Part shown: piece by piece, positions 10,193-21,435 of the stretch
Numbering within the stretch: position 1 is the first letter of the stretch
Layout: every line of letters begins with the position of its first letter
Source of the DNA: an uncultured Acidobacteriota bacterium
Lineage (GTDB): Bacteria > Actinomycetota > Acidimicrobiia > Spongiisociales > ZC4RG35
Direction of reading: 5' to 3'
Length of the DNA: 64,000 bases
Assembly (NCBI GenBank): GCA_963828465.1
Contig: CAWHEU010000022.1
Location: forward strand, 32,001-96,000
Position numbers and translations under genes: made by a program
Notes under the pieces: generated by a model
The model's input: only the letters and a program-made list of their open reading frames with translations
Database searches by the model: none
Told to the model about the DNA's origin: nothing

Positions 10193-11777
10193 CTAGTTCT
10201 CGCGTCGGGTGGAGAGAGCTTTTTCCGTCAGGGCGAACACCTTGACCGGTCTCTGTACACCCTTCATCACCAGGTCTTCGACCGGAACCCCATCGACCCG
10301 GTCCTGTACCGCTGCCATGGTCCGCTCAGAGACCAGGACCTGACGCGGCTCGGCAGCCGTGGCAAGTCGAGCCGCCACGTTCACGTGGTTTCCCACCACC
10401 GTGTAGTCGGTCCTCGTCGACGAACCGATGTTGCCCACCGTGACATATCCGGTGCTGATCCCGACGCCGACGGAGAGCTCCTCCTCAGAACGCATCCACG
10501 TGGCCCGCAGCTCCTCCACCTTGGCCAACATCTCGAATGCGGTAGCCACGGCCCGTTCGGCATGATCCTCGAACGGGATGGGATCACCGAAGAAAGCAAG
10601 CACTCCGTCCCCCAGGTACTTGTCCAGCGTGCCCCCGTTGGAGAAAACGATGTCGGTCATGGCGCTGAAGTACTCGTTCAGGGCATCGACGAGCTCCTCT
10701 GGCTCCATTCGCTCCGCGATCTGTGTGAAACCCCGGATGTCCGAGTAGAGGATCGTCAGATTGCGTCGGACCGAGGCGAAGGCCACCGGCTCGTCCCCGG
10801 CGAGTATCGCGTCCGCCACTTGCGGAGAGACGTATCGCCTCAGCTGCTCGGTCCGCTGCAGCTGGGTGACCTGTTCTTCGATGGTCTGCTCCAGATTGGC
10901 ATTGAGCTGGCTCAATCCCTCGTACAAGGTGGAGAGCTGCCTGCTCGTCCGGTTCAGGTTGACCGTCAGCCTCCCGAACTCGTCACGGTTGGGGACTTCT
11001 ACTTCCTGGCCGAAGTCGCCGTCGGCGATCCTTCCCAGTGCCAGATCGATCTTTCGCACCGGGCGCACCAGCGACCACGACAGGATGGCTCCCATCGCCA
11101 GAGCGGTGAGCAGGCTGACCCCGGCGAACGCGGCAACAGTCACCGTGAGGAAGCGGCGATTCCCCCGGAAGTTCTCGAGCTCGGACGCAATGTCTTCCCT
11201 CCAGCGAGCCGATCATCAGGTTGAGATCGTCTTCCAGCTCATGTGAGATCTCGTGCTCGGCCGAGATGTGAACATCGGAGGCTCGGGTCATGTCGCCGGC
11301 CTCGTAGAAAGCCAAGACTTCTTCAGCTGCCTCGGCGTACCGGAGGTCGGTTGCGTCGATTCGGTCGACGATGGCGACCAGCTCTTCGTCTGCCACATCT
11401 CTGATCGCCTGCATGTCGTTCGTGAAGTTCTCTTTGGCCTGGGCGATCTTGTCGTTCCACGAGTCGACCTGGGTGATCAGGGCCATAGCCCGGTAATGGC
11501 TCTGCGCTGTCACTGCATAGATGCCCTGCTGGGCGAGCTCCAGCTGATCTTGGAGCTCGATCACCTGGTCCATCTGCCGGTTCATCGCGTTGATCACGAC
11601 GATGCTGAAGACCCCCATGGCAAGAAGGAGCAGCGCACTCAACAGGAAGCCGGCGAGCAGCTTGGTGTGGATCGTCGCCGGCGCACGCGCCACCATGTCG
11701 ATGAGCGGGCGCACCCAACGGACGGGGAGTGGATCTGGATTTGGTTCCGGCGCGCCCTGATTGACCGCGTCTGTCAT
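10193..11777 (-). CDS. membrane adenylate cyclase (TM-sensor-TM-HAMP-cyclase); frame break near 11195
   Basis: Joins ORFs 10983..11777 and 10193..11143. HAMP (VPNRDEFGRL), ILYSDIRGFT, DKYLGDG, YTVVGNHVNVAARL. Confidence 0.88.
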
Positions 11778-11898
11778 GTGCCTCCCACCTGACCGATGCC
11801 CGGCTTTAGAGCGATGAAGCCTATTCCCTCGAGCTGATCGTCGTAGGGGTGTTTATCCCCATGCCAGCGGCGTGCCAGATCGGAGACAGCGCTACCGG

Positions 11899-12363
11899 TT
11901 AGGCCAGCCGATGCTCGTAGTGAATCAAAGTGATGTCGGGGAACACGGTCTCACCGACTCTCACAAAGCCAAGCCTCTCGTAGAAATGTTGATTGCGGGT
12001 GGCGTACGCCGGTGTGTCCAGTGTCCAGACGGTGGCCGGAAACGTCCGCTCGATGAATCCCATCGCCTGAGTGCCGATGCCTTGGTTGTGGTGGGCGGGA
12101 TCGATGGCGAGGACGCCGAGATGGAAATGCCCCGCACCTTGATCGATGACAGTCATCCCTCCGATGATCTCGCCATTCAATGAGACCTTGTAGCCCTCGC
12201 CGCGGGCAATCGTGGCCAGAGTCTCCTCCACCGAGTCGTAGCCGGGAGGGCCGCCGATCTCGACCCCTGGATAAAGGCGAGCATCATCGTGGAAAGCCGC
12301 GATCTGCACTTTGACCAGGTCCTCGGCGTCAGCGGGAGTCGCCAGCTCGAAATCGATGTTCAT
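11899..12363 (-). CDS. GNAT N-acetyltransferase
   Basis: LAIDPAHHNQGIGTQAM and NQHFYERLGF. Confidence 0.88.
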   Translation of the reverse strand: MNIDFELATPADAEDLVKVQIAAFHDDARLYPGVEIGGPPGYDSVEETLATIARGEGYKVSLNGEIIGGMTVIDQGAGHFHLGVLAIDPAHHNQGIGTQAMGFIERTFPATVWTLDTPAYATRNQHFYERLGFVRVGETVFPDITLIHYEHRLA

Positions 12364-13563
12364 CGACGTTCCGCCCGGAAGATCGTCACCGGGTCGGCGA
12401 TACCCTTCAGCTCGAATTCACCGATCTCGGTGAGCCTGAAAGCCGTCCCCCGAGACGATCCCCACCACCGGCTCACCGACGTACACCTCGGCTGCGTCAG
12501 CCTGGGAAGCGATCCGGGCCGCGAGATTGACGGTCCGCCCGAAGTAGTCACCTTCGTCGTAGAGCATTGGGCCGGCATTGACCCCGATATGGGTGTCGGG
12601 GAGCCCGCGGCTGGGTGCGCTGTCGACCATCTCCAGGGATGCCATCACGGCATCGTCGGGATCGCGGAACTGGAGGAACACGCCGTCGCCCAGCAACTTG
12701 ATCACGTTGCCCCGATAATCGGCGGCCACCTCGGTCGCCAGCTGAGCAAAGGTGAGGGCGACCTCTGCCGCCACATCGTCACCGGATTCCTCGGTCAGTT
12801 CCGTGAAGCCGCTGAGATCGGCAAACACCGCGGTCTCCAACTGGTGCGGCTGGCGTTGCCGAACACCGGCCTGCTCGAGGGCGGTCTCGACGTGCCCGAA
12901 CTGATGCTCGGTGGAGAATGTCTCCGAGTGTCGACGGAACAGCCAGCTCAACAGGTCCTCGCCCGAGCGGCCAACCCGGAGGCCGACTTCACGCAGTGCC
13001 GCCTCGTACGCGTCATTGTCGTTGAGTCCTCTTCGCCGAAACTGTTCCTCGACTGTCTGATGGAAGTAATGGGGCAGGTACTGGGCAACGCGACGCGTGC
13101 TGTCTCCCCAGACCCGCGCCATCCGGATCACGTCCCGTTCATCCAGACCCGCGGCGAAGAGGATCCGGACCTCCCGCAGGGCTTCGAGGTCCTCTTGGCG
13201 GACGAACTCGTCCGCCTCGGGCCGGGGCAAGCCAAAGGCCATGTAGATGCTGTCGAGCGTGGCAAATGGGATCCCGATCGCTTCGGCCTCTTCGGCAAAG
13301 GTGACATCCGACCGAGGGAATCGCCGGCCCGCGCTCTCGAGGTAGCCGAGCGACAGATGACCTGATGCCAGCGCAGTGGCCAGCGACTCCTCCTCGATTC
13401 CCATCTCATCGAGCTGACGGACCACCCGCACCTGCATGACGTCCCGACGCTCGAACGCGCCGTCCTCGGATTGAAGGATTCCCAGGTCTACGAGCCTCCT
13501 GATGTGCGCAGGGCTCGTGCCGGACCGATCGGCGAGCTCCTCTTCGGAGAGGCGGTCGGCCAT
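12360..13563 (-). CDS. adenylate cyclase with N-terminal regulatory domain (Rv2212-like); frame break near 12437
   Basis: VFADLSGFT, IKLLGDGV, DYFGRTVNLAARI. The C-terminus FELKGIADPVTIF lies in ORF 12360..12578. Confidence 0.88.
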
Positions 13564-13574
13564 CCGACCGCCTC

Positions 13575-13724
13575 TCAGTCGGCGTAGGCGAGTGGGTCGG
13601 TCATGAAGACGTCGTGACAGACCTGGGAGCAGAAGTAGTAGGTCTTGCCTTCATATTCAGCCGTCGCCGCGGCGTCATCCGTGTCGATCTTCATCCCGCA
13701 TACGGGGTCCGTGACCATCGCCAT
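13575..13724 (-). CDS. YHS-domain protein
   Basis: MAMVTDPVCGMKI...YYFCSQVC...F, with an AGGAGG RBS upstream of 13724. Confidence 0.9.
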   Translation of the reverse strand: MAMVTDPVCGMKIDTDDAAATAEYEGKTYYFCSQVCHDVFMTDPLAYAD

Positions 13725-13825
13725 CGACAACCTCCTGGAGCCAATCCGTTCGTCATACCCGAGCGTATTCACGCGGAAACCAGGATGCATGGGCCCGGAA
13801 TGTCCCATCTACGCTCCGGAACCGT

Positions 13826-14776
13826 GTGAGGGCAGTTGTCTACGACCGGTACGGGACCCCCGATGTGCTGCGAATCGAGGAGGTGCCGACGCCGACCCCG
13901 GGACCAGGTCAGGTGCTCGTCGACGTCATGGCGACATCGGTCAACCTCTCCGACTGGGAGTGCTTGGTTGGCTCACCCTTCTACGCCCGCTTCGGTGGCC
14001 TGCGCAAGCCGCGACGCCGGACGCTGGGCTCTGACATCGCCGGCCGGATCCGGGAAGTCGGGTCTGGAGTCACCCGCTTCCGACCCGGTGACGAGGTGTA
14101 CGGCGAGATTCCGATGGGGGGCTTCGCCGAGTACGCCGTGGCTCCTGAGTCGGCGCTGGCCCACAAGCCGGAGGCGCTCACCTTCGCCCACGCCTCGACG
14201 ATTCCACAACCTGGGCCCATCGCCTTGCAGGGCACGGCCACGGTCAAACCCGGACAGCGAGTCGCGATCAACGGCGCCGGTGGTGGGTCGGGTTCCTTCG
14301 CCATCCAGCTCGCCAAGCGAGCCGGTGCACATGTGACCGGAGTCGACAATGCCCAAAAGCTCGACCACATGCGGACGATGGGGGCTGATGAGGTGGTCGA
14401 TCATGGAACTCAGGACTTCACCAGGCTCGAGCCATTCGACCTGATCCTGGACATGGTTGCCCACCGCTCCGTGTTCGCTTATCGACGGGCATTGGCCCCG
14501 GGTGGCCGATACCGGTGTGTCGGCGGATCGGTCCGGGCCTTGCTGCGCGTCCTGACGGTGGGTGTGGTCATCGGCCGGCTCACCGGTCGCCGGCTCGGGG
14601 TGCTCGCTGTGAGACCGGGCCCGGCCCACTTCCGGCCCCTCGCCGACCTCTGTGTCTCAGGTGACGTCCGCATCCACATCGACAGGACGTTTTCGATGGA
14701 TGAGGTGCCCGAGGCGCTGGCTCGCGTCGGTGAAGGGCGTGCCCTAGGCAAGGTGGTCGTCCAGAACGCCCGATGA
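13826..14776 (+). CDS. NAD(P)-dependent MDR oxidoreductase / alcohol dehydrogenase-like
   Basis: MRAVVYDRYG, LGSDIAG, INGAGGGSG, GKVVV. Confidence 0.92.
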   Translation: MRAVVYDRYGTPDVLRIEEVPTPTPGPGQVLVDVMATSVNLSDWECLVGSPFYARFGGLRKPRRRTLGSDIAGRIREVGSGVTRFRPGDEVYGEIPMGGFAEYAVAPESALAHKPEALTFAHASTIPQPGPIALQGTATVKPGQRVAINGAGGGSGSFAIQLAKRAGAHVTGVDNAQKLDHMRTMGADEVVDHGTQDFTRLEPFDLILDMVAHRSVFAYRRALAPGGRYRCVGGSVRALLRVLTVGVVIGRLTGRRLGVLAVRPGPAHFRPLADLCVSGDVRIHIDRTFSMDEVPEALARVGEGRALGKVVVQNAR

Positions 14777-14798
14777 CAACCCGCGTAGCCTGGCCGGC

Positions 14799-15266
14799 AT
14801 GAGCTACGGCTGGTGGAAATTCATCCATCTCGCCGGTGTCGTGGGCTTCGTTGCCGCTCACGGCACCTCCATGGCGGCCACCGTCTTGATGAGGCGGATC
14901 CGTGAGCCGCAGCAGGTGGCGGGAGTCCTCCAGCTCAGCGCAGCCACGGTGAGCACTTTCTATGTCTCGACGTTGGTTCTGCTGGTGGGAGGGATCGGCG
15001 CCGGGGTGGTCGGTCAATGGTTCGATCAGGGGTGGATCTGGTTGTCACTGGGCCTGCTGATCGGGGTCGGGGTCCTCATGTTCCCCATGGCCCGACGCCA
15101 CTTCCGTCGGATCCGCATGATCCTCGAGCTGATGGAAACCGGGACAGCCGTTTCCCAAGACGATTTCGCTCGGGTCGTCAACTCGGGTAGCCCGGTCCTC
15201 ACCGCAGGCACCGGGTTCGTGGCGCTTCTGTTCATCCTCTATCTGATGGTCCTGAAGCCGTTTTGA
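14799..15266 (+). CDS. DUF2269-like membrane protein
   Basis: WKFIHL N-terminus, four hydrophobic segments, C-terminal LMVLKPF. Confidence 0.75.
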   Translation: MSYGWWKFIHLAGVVGFVAAHGTSMAATVLMRRIREPQQVAGVLQLSAATVSTFYVSTLVLLVGGIGAGVVGQWFDQGWIWLSLGLLIGVGVLMFPMARRHFRRIRMILELMETGTAVSQDDFARVVNSGSPVLTAGTGFVALLFILYLMVLKPF

Positions 15267-16267
15267 GCGCCTACCGCCGGATCATCGTCGGGGCTCACGG
15301 CTCACCCACCTCGGCAGTGGCCGAGGAGGCCGCCGCCCGGCTCGCCAACCAACTCGGAGCGGAGCTGGTCCTGATCAATGTCGACGAAACGGGGAGCGGC
15401 GAGGACATTCTCCGAGCCGCGGCCGACCGGGCCCGCACCTTCGGCATCGAGGCGCAGACCCTGCATCGCGAAGGTGAGGTCGCCGAGTCGATAGTTGCCG
15501 CCGCGGCCGAGCTCCGTGCCGATCTGTTGGTCATCGGGGACCACGGGATGGGACCGGACAGCCGGTTCAGCCTCGGCGGCATCCCTAGCCAGGTGGCACA
15601 TCACTCACCAGTCGACATCCTGGTGGTGAGAACCTCCGACCCCACCCGGGAGCACGACTACCGCAGAGCCCTGCTCGCCACCGATGGTTCCCTTACTGCC
15701 CACCAGGCGACCCGCCACGGTGACGCCCTGGCCCAGGCACTCGGGGCCGAGATCACCCTGATCTACGTCGGTGACGAGCTCATTGGCGACATCGTGCTCC
15801 GGGACACCGCCGCCCGACTCGATCGTGACGGAATCGAGCGGATCGTCACCAAGGGAAATCCGGCGGTGCAGATCTCGAGACATGCCGGCGACTATGACCT
15901 GGTCGTTGTGGGGAACAAGGGGATGACCGGCTCCCGGCGATACATTCAGCGGGCAGTGCCCAGCAGGGTTGCGCACGAAGCCGGGTCGGATGTCCTTATC
16001 GTTCGGACGGTGAGTAGGTCATTCTTCGATCTCCGCCCCGGGGAAGGCGCCGTCGTCGAGGTCGATGGGGAGAAGGTCGCGGCATACCTCCACGAAGACG
16101 GGACGACCTTTGCCCTCTCCGCTCGGTGCCAGCACATGGGGTGCATCGTCGACTGGAACAGTCGGGCCAAGACCTGGGATTGTCCCTGCCACGGCTCCCG
16201 CTACGAGTACAGCGGCGCCATCATCAACGGTCCCACCACCAAGCCGCTGCCCCCGGTCCAGGCCTGA
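15263..16267 (+). CDS. tandem universal stress protein domains fused to a Rieske [2Fe-2S] domain
   Basis: Two USP domains (YRRIIVGAHGS; YRRALLATDGS...VVGNKG). Rieske motifs CQHMGC and CPCHGS. Confidence 0.9.
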   Translation: MSAYRRIIVGAHGSPTSAVAEEAAARLANQLGAELVLINVDETGSGEDILRAAADRARTFGIEAQTLHREGEVAESIVAAAAELRADLLVIGDHGMGPDSRFSLGGIPSQVAHHSPVDILVVRTSDPTREHDYRRALLATDGSLTAHQATRHGDALAQALGAEITLIYVGDELIGDIVLRDTAARLDRDGIERIVTKGNPAVQISRHAGDYDLVVVGNKGMTGSRRYIQRAVPSRVAHEAGSDVLIVRTVSRSFFDLRPGEGAVVEVDGEKVAAYLHEDGTTFALSARCQHMGCIVDWNSRAKTWDCPCHGSRYEYSGAIINGPTTKPLPPVQA

Positions 16268-16282
16268 GGGCTCCGACCGAAA

Positions 16283-19200
16283 GTGCTGCCTTCCGGTCTC
16301 GTCACCTTCGTCCTGACCGACATCGAGGGTTCGACACGACTCTTCCGCGAGCTCGGTGATGAGTACCCCAGACTGCTGGCAGACCATTACGAGCTGCTCC
16401 GCGCCGCGGTGACCGGCCATGGAGGCGCTGAGGTCGGGACCGAGGGCGACTCGCTGCTGATCGCATTTCCTGATGCGGCCGAGGCGGTCGCCGCTTGCCT
16501 CGAAGGTCAACTCGCACTGTCCGCCCATGTCTGGCCCCTCGGTGTAAAAGTCCAGGTGCGGATGGGAGTGCACACGGGAGAGGCGACACCGGTTGATGGC
16601 AACTACGTAGCCCTTCCGCTTCATCAAGTTGCCCGCATCTCTGCCGGAGCCCACGGTGGCCAGATCCTGGTCTCTCAGACCACTGCCACCAACATCGAAG
16701 GGAGGCTCCCGCCAGGCACACACCTGGCCGCCCTCGGGTCTTTCCAACTGCGAGGCTTCGCTACTCCGGAGCCCTTGTATCAGCTGCGGCACCCTGACCT
16801 CCAGGACGATTTTCCGCCGCTGCGCGCCATCGGGGTCCTTGCCCACAACCTGCCCTTCCGCCGCGCCAGCTTCGTCGGACGGGCCCAGGATCGGGCGACG
16901 CTGGCCGGGATGCTCGGCACGACGGGCCTGGTCACGGTCGTTGGCCCTGGTGGCGTCGGGAAGACACGGCTCGCCCTCCAGGTGGCCTTCGACGTGCTCG
17001 ACGAGTTCGACGACGGAGTCTGGCTGGTCGAGCTGGCACCCTTAGCCGATCCTGTCTCTGTGCCCAGGGCAGTCGCCTCTGCCATGGGCATTGCCGAGGT
17101 TCCCGGCCAGAGCACTGAAGAGGCTCTGACTTCGGCTCTTGGGGGCAAGGCTGCCCTGCTCGTCCTGGACAACTGCGAACACCTCCTCGACGCCGTCGCC
17201 GGCCTCGCCCAGATGCTTTCAGAGCGCTGCCCCAACCTGGTGATTCTCTCCACGAGCAGAGAGCCGCTCGACATCGACGGGGAGGTTGTCTGGCGGGTAG
17301 AGCCACTTCTCACCCTCGACCCCGATCAGACGGTCGGCATCGCCGAGCTGAAGGCGTCGGACGCCGTGCAGCTGTTCACCGAAAGAGCCGCCTCGGTTCG
17401 ACCCGGATTCGAGCTCACCGAGGACAACGCCGGCGATGTCGCGAGGATCGTCTTTCATCTGAGCGGCATGCCGCTGGCGATCGAGTTGGCCGCAGCCGCC
17501 CTGGCCGATCGGTCGTTGAGCGGTGTGCTCAGCGGGCTCGAAGACCGGTTCTCGCTGTTGGTCCGGGGACGGCGGACCGCCCCCACCCGTCATCAGACGC
17601 TTCGCGCCGCGATCGAGTGGAGCCTCGACCTGTTGGAGCCATCCGAGCGACTCCTGTTCGACCGGCTTTCGGTATTCGCCGGCAGCGGGACCAATGCTGC
17701 CGCCGGTGAGGTCTGCGCCGGTGGCGCAGTGGAGGGCAGCGAAGTCTCCGAGATCATGGGTCGTCTGGTCAGGGCATCGCTGGTCTCGATCGAGTCGGAA
17801 TCACCCGATCGTTGGACCATGCTCGAGTCGATTCGCGAATTGGGTGTGCTGGAGCTGGCCGAGTCGGGTGGAACGGAAGAGTTCTCCCGTCGACACCGGA
17901 CCTGGGCTGTAGGGCGCGTCGAGGCGGTCGAGGATCGAATCGGCCGAAAAGGGCAGGAGGCCGTCTTGGCCGAGCTGGCCGACGAACGCGACAACATCCG
18001 GCGGGCCATCGAAAACGCGCTCTCGGCCCACGACACGGAGATCGGGTTGCGGATATGCACCGCCATGACCCGCTATTGGACGTCGCACGGAGACTGGACC
18101 GAGGGATCAGAGCAGCTCGGCAACGTGCTGGCTCTGAGCGGGGGCGACCCGGGACTTCGTGGTCGTGCGCTGGTCGCTCTGGGCAGCCTCCTTCAACTCA
18201 GGGGGGAGCTCGAGGAGGCCGACAAGCGGTTTGGGGAGGCAAGAGAGTTGGCCACCGCTACGGGCGACGACGTCAACCTGGCTCGTGCTCTTTTGTATGC
18301 GGGTTATGTCGCATTCCGACACTCCCACCTATCGGAGGCCCAGGGTCTTTGGGAGGAGGCTCTAGCCCGCGCTCGCAGCGGCGGAGACCAGCGCGTGGAG
18401 GCCAGTGTCCTCAGAAGTCTCGCCATCGTCGCCGGCACCGAAGGGCGCCAGGACCTCGCAGGCGAACTGTTGGACCAGGCCATCGGGTTGGCCCAAGCTT
18501 CAGGAGACGACCAGCTGCTCCGCCTCCTGCTCGGCTCCTCGGCCGAGATGAACATCTGGCTGGGTCGTTATCAGGTGGCAGAAAGGGCCTACGGAGACGC
18601 TCTATCCCTTGCCGCAGAGATCGGCGATTTCTCGGCCCGCCCACTTTTGCTCGCTGAGTTGGGCTGGGTGGCGATCCTGCGTGGGGATCCACTCACAGCG
18701 CAGCGCCTCTCCATCGAAGCGGTCGAGTTCGCCGAAGACCTGGGAACACCCAGGGTGCTCACCCATGCCCTTCGTCTGGGCGGAGAGGCCATGATGCGTC
18801 TCGGAGACCTGGCCGCCGCGTCCGAGACTCTCGACCGTGCCCTCGCCGTCGCCGAGAGCCTCAACGCTCCCGCCGAGTTGGCCGGCGTGCGCTGCTCACA
18901 GGCGTGCCTGGCCTTGGAGCTCCAGGATTGGGAACTGGCTCGAGTCCACGCCGGAGAGGCGATCGAGACTTCGGGCTTGGCCCACACGATGCGCCGGACC
19001 ACCCCGCAGTGGGTTTTGGGGATGGTCAGCCTGCTCGAAGGCGACCTCGGGTCCGCGGGACGACAGTTCCAGGAGGCCCTCGCCGCGGCGGTAGAGCGGG
19101 GCGCACTCCGTCACGAGGCCACCTTCAGCTTGGGTCTGGCCGCGGTAAACACTGCACAGGGGCGAACCACCGAGGCGGCGAGCCTCTGCAGGCGCGCCCT

Positions 19201-19504
19201 CGACCTGTGGCAAAGCCTCGGCGACCCGCTTGGCGTGGTCGAGTGCCTGGTCGTGTTGGCGCAGCTCGCGGCGACAACAGAGCCCGAAGGTGCTGCGGAG
19301 TTGCTTGATGCGGCCGGGTCGCTTCGGGATCATGCCGGGGCCAAGGCGACACCTCGTGAAGCGGCGCAGGTGGCAGCCATATCAGGCTCGCTTGGGCAGG
19401 TTCTCGCCTCCGAGGGCCTCGAGGCGGCAGCGAAGATGGGTCAAGCAGATGCGGTCGCCGCAGCCGGACGGATCATCTCGATGATCGAGACCGGAAATCA
19501 ATAG
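16283..19504 (+). CDS. adenylate/guanylate cyclase + STAND ATPase + TPR
   Basis: VLTDIEGST, EGDS, GPGGVGKT, LVLDNCEH, long TPR-like tail. Confidence 0.92.
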   Translation: MLPSGLVTFVLTDIEGSTRLFRELGDEYPRLLADHYELLRAAVTGHGGAEVGTEGDSLLIAFPDAAEAVAACLEGQLALSAHVWPLGVKVQVRMGVHTGEATPVDGNYVALPLHQVARISAGAHGGQILVSQTTATNIEGRLPPGTHLAALGSFQLRGFATPEPLYQLRHPDLQDDFPPLRAIGVLAHNLPFRRASFVGRAQDRATLAGMLGTTGLVTVVGPGGVGKTRLALQVAFDVLDEFDDGVWLVELAPLADPVSVPRAVASAMGIAEVPGQSTEEALTSALGGKAALLVLDNCEHLLDAVAGLAQMLSERCPNLVILSTSREPLDIDGEVVWRVEPLLTLDPDQTVGIAELKASDAVQLFTERAASVRPGFELTEDNAGDVARIVFHLSGMPLAIELAAAALADRSLSGVLSGLEDRFSLLVRGRRTAPTRHQTLRAAIEWSLDLLEPSERLLFDRLSVFAGSGTNAAAGEVCAGGAVEGSEVSEIMGRLVRASLVSIESESPDRWTMLESIRELGVLELAESGGTEEFSRRHRTWAVGRVEAVEDRIGRKGQEAVLAELADERDNIRRAIENALSAHDTEIGLRICTAMTRYWTSHGDWTEGSEQLGNVLALSGGDPGLRGRALVALGSLLQLRGELEEADKRFGEARELATATGDDVNLARALLYAGYVAFRHSHLSEAQGLWEEALARARSGGDQRVEASVLRSLAIVAGTEGRQDLAGELLDQAIGLAQASGDDQLLRLLLGSSAEMNIWLGRYQVAERAYGDALSLAAEIGDFSARPLLLAELGWVAILRGDPLTAQRLSIEAVEFAEDLGTPRVLTHALRLGGEAMMRLGDLAAASETLDRALAVAESLNAPAELAGVRCSQACLALELQDWELARVHAGEAIETSGLAHTMRRTTPQWVLGMVSLLEGDLGSAGRQFQEALAAAVERGALRHEATFSLGLAAVNTAQGRTTEAASLCRRALDLWQSLGDPLGVVECLVVLAQLAATTEPEGAAELLDAAGSLRDHAGAKATPREAAQVAAISGSLGQVLASEGLEAAAKMGQADAVAAAGRIISMIETGNQ

Positions 19505-19518
19505 GAAAGGAACACAGC

Positions 19519-20325
19519 ATGGGATGGCTCGATGGTGAGGTGGCAGTGATCACCGGCGCCGGGTCGGGGCTGGGACGGGCCCTGGTGGATCGTTTCGTTG
19601 CAGAAGGAGCCCGGGTCGTCGCCGTCGACCGCGCCGAGGACCGGGTGGCCGAGGTCGAGAAAGCCCACGGGGAAGAGGTTGCAGGAGTCGTTGCCGACGT
19701 GACCAGCGCCGAGGACAACGAACGTGCCGTGGCCCAGGGCCTGGCCCGCTTTGGCCAGATCGATGTCTTCATCGGGAACGCTGGGATGTTCGACTTTGGT
19801 GCCAGCTTCGTCGACACTCCCATCGATCGACTGGAAGAGGGCTTCGACGAGTTGTTCGCCCTCAACGTCAAGGGTTACCTGCTCGGAGTGAAAGCGTCGG
19901 TCAATGCCCTGTTGGAGAGCGGTGGCTCGGTCCTGCTCACCGCGTCGATGTCCTCATGGCACGCCGGGGTGGGAGGTGTGGTCTATACGGCCTCGAAGCA
20001 CGCCGTCGTCGGGTTGGTCCGCCAACTGGCCCACGAGCTGGCGCCAAAAGTGCGGGTCAACGGTGTGGCGCCCGGCTTCATGCGCACCGACATCCGTGGC
20101 CCCAAGGCACTGGGCCTCGGTGATGTCACCCCCTCATCCCTTCCCGATCTGGAACAGATCGCCGTCGCCACCACGCCTCTCAGATTCCTGCCCCGGCCGG
20201 AGGACTACACCGGTCATTTCGTTCAGCTCGCGTCGCGCAGCAACGCCCCAGCCACCACCGGAACCGTTGTCGCATGCGACGGCGGGCTCGACGTGCGGGG
20301 AATCGGGCTGCCCCAACCTGGGTGA
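19519..20325 (+). CDS. hcaB: SDR, cis-dihydrodiol dehydrogenase (HcaB/BphB-like)
   Basis: MGWLDGEVAVITGAGSGLG, FDELFALNVKGYLLGVKA, YTASKHAVVGLVRQLAHELAPKVRVNGVAPG. Confidence 0.75.
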   Translation: MGWLDGEVAVITGAGSGLGRALVDRFVAEGARVVAVDRAEDRVAEVEKAHGEEVAGVVADVTSAEDNERAVAQGLARFGQIDVFIGNAGMFDFGASFVDTPIDRLEEGFDELFALNVKGYLLGVKASVNALLESGGSVLLTASMSSWHAGVGGVVYTASKHAVVGLVRQLAHELAPKVRVNGVAPGFMRTDIRGPKALGLGDVTPSSLPDLEQIAVATTPLRFLPRPEDYTGHFVQLASRSNAPATTGTVVACDGGLDVRGIGLPQPG

Positions 20326-20391
20326 CCCAGCCCGCGGCTTCAAAAGTGAGTCCACCTACGCTTCGGGCATTCCGGCGCGAGGGAGTGATAG

Positions 20392-21352
20392 ATGGATCAC
20401 CCGACGACCCTGGGTCGCAGCAGCCTGAGAGTTCCCCGCCTCGGCGTCGGGGCTATGACGTGGGGCGAGCCACGAGGGCTGGCACGTTTCCACCCGGCGC
20501 AGATGGCCTATGGGGGCGCCCACGGGTACGAGGAGGAGGAACGCGCCCTCGAGGCGAGTCTGGAGGCGGGTGTCGACTTGGTCGATACCGCTGCCTTCTA
20601 CAGCGGGGGAGCCTCGGAGCTGCGAGTTGGCAAGCTGGCGCAGGGCAAAGACGTGCTGATCGCCAGCAAATTCCCGTCCGGGATCCGGTTCAAGGCCGAT
20701 GACTTCCCGGGAGAGTTGGAGGCGAGCCTGACCAGGCTGGGGCGCACAAACCTCGACCTGTACCAGCATCACTTCCCGGGACGGGTGTCGATACCGGATT
20801 TGATGAACCACATGGCGGATGCTGTTGAAGCAGGGAAGGTGACGGCGGTAGGAGTCAGCAACTACTCGGCGGACCAGATGCGCCAGGCCCACGCCGCGCT
20901 CGCCGATCGGGGAGTACCGCTTGCATCCAATCAGGTCGAGTACTCACTTTTGCATCGACAACCGGAGACCAACGGTGTTCTCGACGCCTGCCGTGAGTTG
21001 GGTGTCACTCTCATCGCCTATACCCCACTCGCTGGGGGAATGCTGACAGGGAAGTACTCGGCCGAGAATCGTCCCACCGGGTTCTACCGACGTGTCCTGC
21101 CCCGGTATCGCCGCAAAGCGCTGGACGCCATACAACCCGTGGTTTCCGCTCCTCCGCGAGATCGGTGATCGACATTCGAAGACCCCGAGTCAGGTGGCCA
21201 TTCGCTGGCTCATCGAGGACCCGATCGTGCTGCCCATACCTGGCGCCAAGAACGGCAAGCAGGCAACAGATAACGCGGCCGCCCTCGGCTTCTCGTTGGC
21301 GGCCGACGAAGTCGCCGCCTTGAGCGATGCAACCCGAGCATGGAGGGCCTGA
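20392..21352 (+). CDS. aldo/keto reductase; frame break near 21145
   Basis: LGVGAMTWG, DTAAFY, IASK, DLYQHH, GVSNY, AYTPL. C-terminus PIPGAKN is in ORF 21092..21352. Confidence 0.9.
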
Positions 21353-21435
21353 GTCCCCGCTGGAAGCCGGAGATGTAGCTTCCGTCGGTGTCGAGGACTC
21401 GTCTGTGGGAGCGTCTCAGTGGTGTGGGCGACGAG

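Noticed and set aside
11845-11862. GGGG-N7-CCCC operator-like repeat upstream of the HAMP cyclase
   Set aside because: Too short to be significant in GC-rich DNA, and no cognate regulator is adjacent.
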